NCBI GenBank assembly: GCA_013265495.1
Contig: MU058206.1
Location: 374,001 to 438,000, forward strand
DNA from: Vicugna vicugna
Taxonomy: Eukaryota
DNA: 64,000 nt
Reading direction: 5' to 3'
Shown here: positions 1-13,040 of the stretch, one piece after another
Position numbering within the stretch: the stretch's first letter is position 1
Layout of the letters: the number at the start of each line of letters is the position of its first letter
The notes under the pieces: generated by a model
The model's input: the letters and a program-made list of their open reading frames with translations, nothing else
Told to the model about the DNA's origin: nothing
Databases searched by the model: none
Made by a program: the position numbers and the translations under genes

Positions 1-1278
1 TAGGGTGGAGGCTGGGAAGAGGCAAGGGCCAATCGAGGAGGTCTATTGATACCCTCATCATAGTCTTTGGCTCCCCTGTTGGCAGAAGTTGTGGGGGTAG
101 GTGGGAGATGAGGGTAGCCCTGCTTTCTCTCCTCAGAGGATGCCTTCCAACATGTTGGAGCCCCAACATTGATGGAGCACCTACTGAAGTGCTTCCCCTC
201 ACTTTCCCTGGAGAACCACAGCTTGTCCATCAGGGAGGCATTAGAGACCATCCAGTCCAATCTTCCCATTTGACAGAGGAAGAAACTGAGGCTCAGAGAG
301 AGGGAGGGACTTGCCCCATGGGGAGTGAGAGACAGAGCCTGGATGGGAGTTTGGGTCTTCTGACTCTTTGCCCAGGGTGCTCTCTCACTCTCCCTGGGAC
401 TTCCAGGACAAGGACGTTCTCTGCCCAGAGCCCACGGAGCCCACAGCTCCGAGGACACATCACAAGTCCCCAGTATGGTAGCGGGCCCCGTGGAAGAACT
501 TTCCAATGCTGCCATCCTCTGTGCCCTGCCCACCCCACCTCTGCTGGTCCACAATGCAAAGCAGCAAGGGAACTAGAGTGGCTCCGTCTCGCCTCAGTTC
601 CCCTTCCTCCTGTGGACCCGAGAGCCTGGCCTCCGTGGGCCTTGCCTCCCCCTGGCCCAGCCATTGCATCTCTGGGTCCCTGAGTCCCCATCCAGCCTTT
701 AGCTCCCCTAAGGCGCAGCTGCCTGGGATCTGCTTTCTTCAACCCAAAGGCCAGAAGAGGAGTCTGAGACAAGCCCCAGAACTAGCAAGTGAAAGGCTGG
801 GTCCTTTGTTTCACCCTATTTATTTTTGTCATGATCATGATAATTGTCATCAGCATTCTCACAACAATGACAGATAACATTTCAGTGCTTACTCTATACT
901 AGTGGCTCAGCTTATGAGGGAGTACTATTATTATTTTTCAGCTGGAAAAACTGAGGGCAGAGAGACTGAGTGAGGCCCAAAGGTGTCCCATTAGAAAGTG
1001 ACAAAGGGGCAGACCCCATGATCCATAAGAAGAGCACAAAGCCCAGAATATCCACCCTATCTCCAGGACTTCTGAGCCATGGCCAGGTGCTCCTCCTGCT
1101 TCCCCGGGAACCCCTGAGGAGCCTGCCAGGACCCCTACCCCCATGTCCACATCCCGAGACTGCAGCATGGTCAGCCAGCAAGGCTGGCAGGGGGCTGGGT
1201 GTGTGCAGACCCGCCAGAGAGGGGACCAGATTTCCTCCTCTCAGCCTTTGTCCTCTCGCACATCCTGCCCCTGCTGTG

Positions 1279-1292
1279 CCAGCAGGTGGCTC
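1279..1292 (+). promoter_or_regulatory. Candidate CTCF motif
   Basis: CCAGCAGGTGGCTC matches the CTCF core at 13 of 14 positions. Confidence 0.45.
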
Positions 1293-1475
1293 CGGATATG
1301 TCAGGGATGGACAGACACTCTGCTGATGATCCTGCTCATTCAGCCAACAGACATGGACTTGAGCTCCTCTTGCATCCCACACTGCACTGGGTACCGAGCA
1401 GACAGACCCAGGCATGGACTCTTTCCCCGAGAACTCACTGTCCAGAGGTGGTGATGGAAAAGAAATCTATTACCT

Positions 1476-1710
1476 TCATTCATTCAACAGATGATGACTT
1501 CTGTGTCCCAGGTGCCAGGTGTGCTAGTCTAGGCACTGGGGATACAGAAATGAAAAGAACAGTCCCAAATTCCTGCCCTTAAAGAGCTCACTTTCCAGAA
1601 AAGGGAAACAGAAAGTAGTTAAAAGAAATAAGCAAGTGATATGGCCTGTAGAAGGGGATGCATGCTGTGGGAAAAAAGCACAGGGAGGGGGTCAGAGAGT
1701 GGGAACATGG
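1476..1710 (-). mobile_element. LINE-2 3' fragment
   Basis: cattcattcaacag...tgtgtcccaggtgccagg...ggggatacagaaatgaaaagaacagtccc, a reverse L2 tail. Confidence 0.55.
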
Positions 1711-1743
1711 CTGCAATTACACCACAAAACTAGTTGGTACTGT

Positions 1744-2449
1744 CCTCACACCAGTCACAATGGCCATAGTTGAATGGTCTACAAATAACAAATGCTGGAG
1801 AGGGTATGGAGAAAAAGGAACCCTCCTATACTGTTGGTGGGAATGTAAATTGGTGTATTCACTATGGAAAACAGTATGAAGATTCCTTAAAAAACTAAAA
1901 AAAGACTTACCATGTGATCCATCCCACTCCTGGGCATATATCTGAGAAAATTCTAATTCCAAAAAATAATGCATCCAAATGTTCATAGGCGCACTATTTA
2001 TAACAGCCAATGCATAGAAATAATCTAAACGTCCGTCGGCAGATGAACAGATAAAGACAATGTGGTATATATACACAATGGAATACTACTCAGCCATAAA
2101 AAGGAATGAAATAATTCCATTTGCAGCAACATAGATGGACCTAGATATTATCATACTAAATGAAGTAAGAAAGAAAAAGACAAATACCATATGATAGCAC
2201 TTATATGTAAAATCCAAAATATGACACAAATGAACTTATTTACAAAATAGAAAGAGACTCACATATATAGAAAACAAACTTACGGTTACCAAAGGGGAAA
2301 GGGAGCGGGGAGGGATAAATTAGGAGTTTAGGATTAGCAGATACAAACTACTATGTATAAAATAGATAAACAGCAAGGTCCTACTGTATAGCACAGGAAA
2401 CTATACTCAATATCCTATAATAAACTATAATGGAAAAGAAAAAAAATTT
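1744..2449 (+). mobile_element. 5'-truncated LINE-1 (ORF2 end plus 3' UTR) with target-site duplication
   Basis: L1 ORF2 C-terminal motifs ([24 protein letters not shown]) and A-tail. Flanking repeats aaaactagttggtactgt (1726-1743) and aaatctaattggtgctgt (2450-2467). Confidence 0.9.
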
Positions 2450-5400
2450 AAATCTAATTGGTGCTGTGGCCATCTGGGGGCTCCAGGAGAGCAGAGAAGA
2501 GATCTTTGATCCCTCTTTCCACTGTGCCAACTCCCCTGGCAGGAGATGGAATGGAACTGGGGAATCTGGAGTCTCAGGCCAGTGGGAAATGATCTCTGAT
2601 GCCCACATGTGTTAGAACCTGCAGTTTCTGTGCTGTGTGTACCCAGAATGCCGGGAGACAGGCCTGCACACACGTTGGGCACATGCTGAGCTGCACATGT
2701 ATGTGCATGTGGGCGGTTGCCCAATTACTGAGCAGCTGTGATATTTCAAGCACCCTGTCCCCAAGAGGCTCAGAGTCTCCTGGCAAAGAAGAGAAAGCAT
2801 GGAACAATAGCCAGCATGAAAGCAGCGAATAATTGAGGGAAAGCCACAGAGCAAGAGGTTACAGAAGATTTCCAGGAGGCAGCAGAAGTTGAATCAGGCT
2901 GGATTGCCTTCACTAGATTAAGGCAAATAACCACAGCTTGTCTGTAATGAAATGAAGTGGGCTAGCTCTGAAGGTAGTGAGTTTTCATGACTGGAGCCTC
3001 AAAGGAAGGCTTGACAACAGCTTATGAAGGGGATTCACGGACTAGATCGGAGGACAGTTCTGATGTCCTCTGAGGTTACTGGGGCCCTATGAAGTCGGGG
3101 AAGTCACTAAAGAACAAGAGGGAGGATGGTAGCGTGAAAGCACTTGGACTTTATCTTAGAGGGCAATGGGGAGCCAGGTAGGGTGTCTTAGCAATGGGGA
3201 GACATGAGAAAGCTGAGTCTTGGGAAGATGAATCGAACAGCACTATGCTGGACCAGATTGGAAGAAGGAGTGATGTGGAGGGAAGGAGACCAATTACTGC
3301 ACTAGCCAAATGCACCAGCGGGTGTGTGTGCATGTGAACACATGTATGTGATGTGTGTGTGAGCAGAAATCTCCCATGACTAGACAACCGTCTGTTGTGA
3401 GAGTGTTGAATGGTGTCTAGCCTTAAATCAGGGGCTGACCTAGACAGTCTGTCAGCCCTGTTTCCAAAGTTTCAGGCAAGTGCAGGAGTAGGCGTGGGTG
3501 TGCACGCACACTTGGGCAACCATGAGTCTCTACTAGTTAACACTGGTTATCCATGAGTGCTCTGTACGGTGAGCAGGAATGCACACTGCAGAGTGGCTTA
3601 GTGTTGAGGTGGCTTTGTGGGCCTTTATTTGGGGATGCCCCTGTTGGAGTGTATTAAAAGGAGAGTTCAGGGATTCTGCTGCCACAGGTGTGACACACAG
3701 GTGTCGGGGGAGAGGGGAAGAATCAGGGAGGTCCAAATACTGTGTGAGGCTCTGTGAGTGAATTTTGTTCACACAGACTTGGGCAGAGGACTAACCTGAT
3801 GTGTGGCTCCAGGTGAGAGTCTGATATCCATCCAGTCTGGGGATATCTACATCGAAGGTCTGCACGAGCCAGGGGTTTCTGGCACACCAGCCCACTGAAC
3901 TGTTCTACCACCATGCGTGGTACATATTGCTTCCATTTCAACAGGTGAGGAAGCCCAGGATCCCAGAACAGTGCCTAGGGTCACAGCACTATCCAAAGCA
4001 GAACCAGAGCCCAGGTTTCCTGTCTCTGAGCCCAGCACTCTTGCCTCAGTGGCCACCTCCAGCATCTGGATAGAAGCATCACCAGAACACAGCTGCAGAG
4101 GACAGGGCTCCCTTTGAGCATCTCCTCCCAGGCACCCACCCCAGGCCAATGTCCACCATCTCTACTCCCATACCTGCCCCCATCCTGACCTCGCCAGCCA
4201 CCCTCTGCCTCCCCCAGGCCCTCTCTTCCTGCAGAGCCACATCCCCGGAGCCACCTCATTGCAGCGCCTGCCCAGAACAGCCCAGAACAGCTCGCTAGCC
4301 TGTGTATTATCCATATGTTTTCACCCCCAGCTGGGTGCTCAGTTATTGTTCTGGCGCAGGAGGGCGAGGGGGCGGCTTGTGGGCGTAGCGACGCCGGGCT
4401 GTCTGCTCGGTTCTCCGCTTGTTATTACCTCTCCTCCAGGCTGCCATTAGCCCGCCTGCCCCAGAGGCCTGCGCAGGCTCCCTGCTCCTCGGCACCTTTG
4501 TTCCTTAATTATCACTGGGGAGCCCCGCTCACCTGCCTGCCACTTTCTAAGAAGATGTCTGGCTCCCCTTCCCCGCCCTGCACCCCCAGGACCTAAGCCC
4601 CTACACCCCCTGGGGCGGAGACTAGTGTCTAGCAGCAGCTTGCCTCAGGCTTGCGCAGGCTCCAGAGCCTCAGGCCAGCCCCTCTTAGAAGCCATTTCTT
4701 TTTTGTCTGCTGCCTCCTCTGAGAAGCCTGCCCAGATTGACACTGTCTCAGATCTCTGAGCTGGAAGGGACTTTAAACTACCATGTGATTCAACCCCCAC
4801 CTCCCCACTTCCTCCCTGGATTGGGCCACCTACAGGAAGTGCTCAGTGAACATTCAGTGAGACGATGATTAACTTTTGTAGCCTCTACTTGAATGCCTCC
4901 CTGATGGGCAGCTCACTCCCTCCCAAGGCAGGCAGTGCCACATGGAGGTGGCCGGGACTGTTATAAAACCACTCATCCACATCTGTCCTCAGGACTCTCC
5001 CGATTTTCAGGGTCTTAAATCTAGATTCCACCTTGCTATGTCTCCAAGTCTGGGGCTAAGTCCTGCCTCACCTGCTGGGGGCTAACTGATGCCCAAATCA
5101 GGCTGGAAACCTCCCAGTGAGAGGCTCTGTCCAGGGACACTTGACAGAGTGTCTTGGAGACTCAGTCGCGCCCTGGCCCAGCTCTAGCCCCTGGCTTTCC
5201 TGCTGCCTCAGGCCTCTGGCCGCTGTTCTTGGGCAGGAAGGTGAGGGGGAGGAGGCGCAAGGGTGAGAACCCTCAGGCCAAACAAGCTCAAACAGACGGC
5301 CTGACAGCCGACAACAGCGGAGGAGGGCGCTTGCTGCACACACAGGCCAGGCTGCAGGAGGGCAGGCCTCGGGGAGTCAGAGGGAGACAGGAATCTCCCT

Positions 5401-6499
5401 TCCCCAGCCAGCCTGCCGCCCTGCTCCCTCACCCTTGCACAACTCCCTGCCCAGTGCACTGTGGGTATGAGGGTGTCAGAGGCTAAGCTTCTGGATGAAG
5501 GAACCAGGAGTGAGCTGACCCATGTGGGCACCGGGCATTGTCACCCTCACATCAGGATGGTGCTTGCCTACGCTCCGAGCGCACAGTGCTTCTCTCCCTA
5601 ACCCTTTACCATACTCCACTTGTCTTGATCCAGTTGGAGCGCTTCCTTGGGAATCTCCATCTTTGTGTTCTTTAAGTGGGTTTTGGTATCCGCTCAGTCT
5701 AGGGGCTTCTTAGCGCAGGGTCGTGCCTCTGTCAATTTCAACCCACGGTGAGGCAGAGATTGGAGCCCAGCCATGGCCTCCTCTTGGCTCTGAGCATCTT
5801 GTGTCCCAGGAGGGTTAACCCTGAGGCTGGGAAGGAGCTTGGCACACGTTGGAGGGCCCTCTGGACAAACACCAGCTGGGGGTGGAGGACTCGGGTTGGG
5901 AAGCCACCTCCAGCCACCAGACCGTGACCTCAGCCGGGCCGCCCTGTGCTGCTCTCCGGATCTGACTCAGTCCCTTCCCAAGCTGCTGAGTGTCCAGTCC
6001 CAGGGTCAACCCCAGGAGGCCGCCGGATTCCACAGGCTCAACCCAGAAAGAGGCCACCCCCCACCCTGGTTGGACAGCCAGGGCCTCCAGCAGGATTTGA
6101 GGGGACAGCAGAGGACAAAGGTCACCTGCTGGGTCACTTGTCCTACCGTGTCCCTTCCATCTCTCATCACTCAGTTTCTCCAGACCTGAGATTTCTTTCT
6201 AGGTGTCAGTGAGGGCCCTGGTCAGGAGCCACCCTCTTCACAGAGCCCATGACACAGAGGCACCCCTGCACCAGGCTGAGGACAGAGAGACCCCCAAGGG
6301 GCAAACAAGGTGTTACTTCCACAGTAGCCACTCCCTTGGGGTCTCCCCAAATCTCTCCCAGAAACTTTATCATTATGAGGCAGTAAATAAAGGCAGCACC
6401 ACTGGAAATTACCCTAGAACCTGCGTCCAGACGTGCAGAGGAGTCTGGGTGCTACAGGGCATCGAGATTCTAGAAGGGAAGGGAGAGAAGTGGCCCTGA

Positions 6500-7115
6500 G
6501 TGATCTCAGCACTCACCCCCTCAGCCAAATGGCTCTTTATAAACGTCAACCAGAGCATGTCCTTCTCCTGCCTCAAACCCTCCAAGGGCCTCTCATCTCA
6601 TTCAAATCAATATGGAAGCTCTACAAGGCCCTACACCACCTGGACCCTTCCCACCTCTTGAGTCCCATCTTTGCCTTTCCCCCTCATTCACTCCACTCCA
6701 GGCTGACAAGACTTCTTGCCGTTTCTCCCACAGAAACACCTGCCTCAGGTGTACCTCCCACCCCTGCCTCAGGGCCTTTGCACTGGTCCTTCCAACTATA
6801 ATGCTCTTCCCTACATCTTTCCTTATTTTTGTCATTCACAGCTCAAGAGACCTCTTCCTAAAGGCCTTCCTGGATGACCCGATCTAAAATTATGTTCCCA
6901 TATCTCGTGGCAGCCCTGTCCCCTCTGTCTCCACAACTCAGCCTATTCTTCCTCATAGCATGATCATTAGCTGATATGAGTTTCTCTAATGCCTTGGTTA
7001 TTGTCTGTCTCCCTCACTAGAATGTAAGCTCTCTGAGGATGACTGTGTCCTTAAGGCCCAGCACAAGTCCTGGCATAGTGGGTGCTCAAGAGATATCTGT
7101 TGAATAAAATGAATG
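6500..7115 (+). mobile_element. LINE-2 3' fragment
   Basis: Typical L2 3' end: ...ccctcactagaatgtaagctc...cctggcatagtgggtgctcaagagatatctgttgaataaaatgaatga. Confidence 0.7.
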
Positions 7116-10100
7116 ACCTGGGGAGAGACACACACTGAGATAACCCAAGTGCTGGTGGGGTTGGTCCAAGCAAGGACCATGGATGTGTAGGACTGTAGGG
7201 GAGGAGGCCGGTCCTTTGGTTCCCAGGCCTCAAAGGGCTGAGGGAAAAAGGGGAGGAAGGAGGGGACATGGTAAGGGGTGGGGGTTGCCAGTTACCGCCT
7301 TCCTAGATAGCCCCCCAGGCCCAACTCTGAGTGCCAGCAGGAAAACCAAGGAAGAATGCACCACAGTCCCCATTCCCTGGGCATCCCCAGTCTGGAGGGG
7401 ATAGAAAAGAGTGCTTGTAAAATCCCCAAGGTCAGGCCTCTCCACTGAGCTCTGAGCCTGGGTTTCCAAAGTTGGAGCTGTCTCTGCTCAGCCCAATGCG
7501 TCAGGCTCAGTGGGTTCCAAACCAGACTCCTCATCCTTCCTGAACTTGCCCTGGCTTCCCCAGTTCTGTCAACAACCTCCCGCTCCTCCCGGGCAGGCAG
7601 ACTCAAAAGCCCAGAGTCACCTCCAACTGCTCCCTCTCACTCACGCCAGGCCCTTCAGACTCCTCTCTATGTGGTGACCAGAGACCAAAGGCCCCATGTC
7701 CTCTGCATCCCATAAGCAGCTTCCAGGTTCTAACCAACCTGCTGAGGCAGGTTCATCTCCACTGGCCCCAAAATGCTCCCAGCCTCTGAAACAAATGCCA
7801 CCAAAGCCTTGGTGGGGGCGGGGAGGGGAAGAAGGATCCTGCCCACTTCTGACCCCCATCCTTTTTGGGGGAAACTGGGTTTAGCTGGCAAGTGCATGAA
7901 CTCTGGAGTTAGGCAGATTTCAGTTGTCTTACTTCTTCCTTAATCCTATGACCTTGGGGAAGTGACTTCTCCCAAGTCTCAGTTTCACCATCTATAAAAT
8001 GTAGATAATGTATATTTCACCAGGTTGCTTGGTGATTAAGAAGGAAAACAGATAATAAATATCTAGCAAAAATCTGGAATACAGTTGATGCTTAATTAAT
8101 GGGAGGCCCACCCCTTCCCTTCCAGCCTGACTCTCTTGCTCGAGGACCCTCTGCTGCGGCTCCCTATTTCCTACTATGTCTGATCTAAGGTCCTCTACTT
8201 GGCTCTTAAGGGTTTCCAGCTTCTAGCCTGACCTTGATTCAGTCTTCACTCCCAAGATTTCCCACACTCTCTTTTCTCCTGGACCCCCAGTGAGCACAAC
8301 TTCTTCTTCTCCTATGCCCTCTGTTCACACCGTCTTTCTTGCCCGCTCTGTCTGCTTGTCCTGCAAGGCCTCCTTCTCTAGGAAGTCCCCTCGAACCACT
8401 CCTGCTGGGACCATTCTCTGTCTCCTCTACAATCCTGCTACTTAGCCCATTTTACAGGTGAGAAGACTGTGGTTCAAAGTGGTTTGGTGACTTGACCCGG
8501 GTCACCTGGCTAGAAATTGGCAGGGGCAGGACTTGATCTGAGGCTGAGGAGGGTGTGTTCTGGGGGAGGACATTCTCGGGGGTGGGGGTGCATAGCTCGT
8601 TCAAAGGCTGGGAGAGGGAAGACCGAGGTGAGTCCATACAGAGAGTAGGCAGATGGCCTGAGGAGGCGAGGGTACATGGGGCAAGGTCCTGGTTTGCTTT
8701 TGGAAGAGGAAGTTCTGAAACATCTCTCTGACAGACTAGAGAAAGATACAGCAAGACCCTCCTGAAAAACTGGTTGCGGCTCCAGAATTTCCCTTATCAT
8801 AAAAAGCCACAGCTAATCCCTTGAGTCCCTGCTAGCTAACGTGCTCAGCCTCCTGTCCCCAGAGTTTCTTAGGGACAGAGGGGCAGAGAAAATGGCATCT
8901 TGGCCCCCTCCATGCAGAGGCAGGGATGTCAGGGAGGCTTGAGAGTGATGTCACCAGTGACCTCAGGTTTCTCACCCGTCTTCCCAAAGCAGTTTCTCCG
9001 GAGTCACTTGTTCAAGGGACTTGCCCAAAGCTCTCATATCACAGTCCCTGCTGCTGTCACCTTAGCACTTGTCCTTGATATGGCCTCTGCCGAGCCTTCC
9101 CTAGCCCCAGCTCTCACTAGAGTGCTGGTCTTGAATTCTCTAGTTTCCAGTACTTGGCAAAAGATACTCAGAGTCCCCAGCTCCCCACAGGCCATGCCCT
9201 CCATGCAGGCAGCCAGGCCCAGCTGGAATAACACATCTTCCCTCCCTCCCTCCCACGAGCATTGGACTATTTACGGCTCACCAGGGCCCTCACGCCCATG
9301 AGCTCACTGGTGCCTTCCCCACCCACCCTGGGAACCCGGCAGGGTAGGTGCCATTAGCCCCATTTTGCAGATGGAGAAACTGAGGCTAAATGCCTTGTGC
9401 AGTGAGTCCCCCAAAGCTCAATCTCCTGAATCCCGAGTCTGAAGCTCTTCTCAATTTCTCCAAGAGGGTGGCCCAAACACCCCTAAATTTGAAGTCAGGG
9501 AGTTTCAGGCCAGGGTCAGATAGTAGAGGGATAGGTTCTGATGAGTTAGCCAGTCAAAGAAGCTAGAAGGAGCCTCCAAGGCAGCAGACCTGGAGGGAAG
9601 GAATGGAGGTAAGTTTGCATGGCTTCAGCCACTGGCTGGGAAGATCCTGGCAGGGGCACCTTCAGGGCTGTGGGAGCAGGATGGCCTGCAGGCTGGGCAA
9701 GCTGGCTGGGGCTATGGTTAGGGTGCTGGCTCCCTGGGCTAGGGCAGGGGAAAGGGGCGAGGGCCCAGCGTCAGAGCTCCCTCCTGGGCAACCAGACTCA
9801 GGAGGCTGTATGCTGGCTACAGCTGGAGGGACTCCAGGTAGACACCAGAGGGGACTTCCTATCCACAGATTCTCTCTTTAGACAGAGCTCCTCTGCCACG
9901 TGGACAGGGTCCAGCCCAAGCCCTCCCTCATCACCTCACATGAGGATTATGCCCCTGCAGTCTTCCCACCTCTCCTCAACTCCTGTGTTTGTTCCCAGGT
10001 CCTCCCAGTTGTCCAGCCTCCAGGACACGCTCTCCCTCCCAGCCTGAACCAAGTTCCAGCAGCCCCTTTCAGAAGACCTCTCTAATTCTGCCTCAAACTG

Positions 10101-12829
10101 ATAACAGGACTCCTCTTCGCCCAACGAGTAACAGTTTTAATCCTGTGTATTGGGGGGTTCTGATTTCTCACAAAAGACTGGGGGCTCCCTGGACAGCAAC
10201 TGTGTCTCTCCCATCAAACTGTGCAGGCCTCAGGCTCCGCCTCTTTCAGCCTGGGCAGCCTCTGCCCATAGGGGGCGCCCAAACAATGTTGCTGAGCAGA
10301 GACATCCTTGCTGCTGCTAGAACTGGACCAGGCATGGATCACCTGCAGTGACAGGGACAGGGGAGATGTCACAGGCCTCTCCAAAGCGCCAACTTACTCT
10401 TCAGTTGACCTTGTCAAAGGGAGGGCAGAACTTTCAGATAAGGAGAGAGGTCTCTCATTTGGGGTAGGAGTCTGGGGACAAGACCATGACCGCTAAAGAA
10501 GACTCCTTGACCTTCCAGACTTGAGGACGGTGAATGGCTTGAGGTGCTCACACAGCCCACAGTGAACCCAGATGTCCTCCTTGGCCTGCTCTGAAAATCC
10601 CCAAGCTAGTGGGCAGAGGCCCCAACCAAGCAACCCCTATTTCCTTCCCCAAGTCTCTTGGAAAGAGTGGTGAGTCAGTTTGCGGCCATGAACTCATCCT
10701 AAGCAGTAAAAATAGGAAAACAAACAGGCTTCTCCTCCAGGCGGGAGAAGAGGGTAAGGGTGAGGGGGAAATGGGTTTTTCCCCAGCTGGGCAGAAAGGA
10801 AGCCATCTTTTGAAGTCCTCAAGAGTGAGGCAGGCTTCCTTATGGCCCCTAGAAACTCAACCACATCAAAGCCACCCAAGGAAGGTGGTTTGAGGGGCAT
10901 GCTGTTTCACAGAGTCACAGTCACGCAGTGAGTGACACAACTGAGTCCCTGAGGGACACACAGTGACACACTGTTGAGGGCACGTAACCCACCAGGCGAT
11001 CGATTGCATAGACGTGCACAATCACACAGCCAGACTGGGAGGCGCACTCACAACATCACAAAGCCCCACACAATCGCGTACATCCACGACAGCTGTCTCT
11101 TCCCAGAGACGCATATCCAGCCCCGCAGCCGCGTGCGCTCCCAGAACCAGTCTCCGAGAGGCACATGCAACATTGCACAGGCAATGCCCATTTCTACACA
11201 CAGAGTCACACAAACACACAGCCGCACTATGGTCACATGTAGCCCACAACCACACAGCTCCCACACAATGCGTTGAGCCACGCCCAAGCCACAAAGAGTC
11301 ACACACACGCAGTCTCGGTTACACACTAGTCACATGCGGACAGTCACAAAGGCAACATCCCCACATTGGAGACACCATCATGGAGACCCATCCTGGTCAT
11401 GGACCCTCTAGGGCTGAGACTGTATGGGGGGTGGCCCCTTGGGTGGGAATGGGAGCGTCTGACTCACTGCTGCCAGCTTAACCCCCTCCCTCCTCTTGGC
11501 TGCACCTCCCTGGCCATCCTCTGTTCTGAGCCCCCACTGTTTTCATTCTCCAGGCTTTGCTGAGCCTCCACACCCCTTGCCACTAAGGGGAGGGGCATGT
11601 AGCCTTGGAGATGATTGAGTCCAATCAGCATTAAGCATCATCCATTTATTCAACACACCGCCATTCAGCCCTGTGTGCCAAGTGCTGTGCTGGGGGCTGG
11701 TGAATAGAGAGGTTATTGTAAATTAGACCAAAATTTTCCACCAGTGTAATGGCTATTTCAAACTACGTGCCTGTGTGATCCTTGCTCCCATGCCTTGGCC
11801 TTGGGGAGGCCCCCAGCAAGTCCAAGACTCTTCAATCTCATTTATTTCGGTGGCCATTTCCAATTAGGATTGTGTAATTGATACAATCACTGAAGGCAGC
11901 ATGTGGGATAGACTCAGGACAGACTTCTGCGTGATCTTCCCCTCCCCTTCTCTGGGGGAGTGAGCTTTGACAGGCAGCTGGGTTGGAAAACACCCTGGAC
12001 TGGGGTCCAGAGGACCAGGCTTTCGTCCAGCTCCAGGATGTCATCTTGGGCCAGTCACGTCCCTGCTTGTGCTCAGCCTTTCTGTGTGTAACATGAGGGC
12101 AAGGGAGTCGGGCCAAATCAGCTTCTCATGGTGGCCAATGGGGGAGGGAGATTATTTTTAATAATATGAAGATTTCCAGGTCCAGTCCAGACCTTCTTGA
12201 TCCCAGAATTTGAGACCCATTGGTTCTGGGGACCTCTGAGGCGCCTTTCAGCTCTAAGTGCTGGAGGCCGAGGGCTACTCCAGAGGCTGCTGAGGTCCCC
12301 AACTAGCCCTGGGTTCCCAGCATGCAGGAGTCACCACCACCCTCCAGGAGGTGGCCACATCATCAAGCTTGTTTAGAGGCTTGGGCAAGTGAAGAGCTTG
12401 TGGTTAGGGCAGGTGGCAACAAAATCAGAACTTCGGGACGCTGTTCTTGGCTGAGAATAGGCTTCCAGGGTGGTTTGGGCGGTTTGGGGACTCTTGGTAC
12501 CTTTTCCAGGGATAACGATGCCCAGATTCTCTAGGAATCAGGTCCCAACCCCAGGCTTGGGGGGGCTTGCCTAAGAAGAGGGGCAGGCAGGCAGTGCAAG
12601 GTAAGAAAAGCCCATGGGACAGTTCCTGGGGACTTCAAATGGGGGTTCTTTTTATTTTGAACCCAGTTTCTTCCGTTAAGTCAATTTGCTTCCTGGTTTC
12701 TACTCAGCTCCTTTCCTGATGCTTCTAGGACAGAATCATATGCTGTCAGAATTAGAGGGACATTAGTGGGCACCTGCCCCATTTCTCTAGCCTGTGATGC
12801 AGCCCCTCAAGTATACACATCATCAAAAA

Positions 12830-13040
12830 CCTGCATTATTAGCTTTCCATGTGCTCTACACTCTGCTAGTCACTTTACAGGATGTCATTTGCTCCTTACA
12901 GTTTAAATGGTAGATATTATTAACCCCATTTTACAGTTGAGAGAAATGAGGCTCAGAAGTTTTAAGCCATCTCTCCAAGCAGCAGAACTGGATTCAAACC
13001 TACTGCCATCTATTCCGGAGCCCAGGCTCTCAGCCACACC
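12830..13040. mobile_element. MIR SINE
   Basis: MIR core attattaaccccattttacagttgagagaaatgaggctcagaag and ggattcaaacc. Confidence 0.65.

Noticed and set aside
108..683. 191-aa ORF at the window start
   Set aside because: Runs through a MIR core (HLTEEETEAQRE is translated MIR); no splice or domain support.
10900..11360. Quasi-periodic CACA/GTCACA-rich tract (similar tracts at 21400-21900, 32200-32450, 42200-42480)
   Set aside because: No fixed repeat unit or repeat-spacer structure; degenerate CA/TG low-complexity DNA, not an array.
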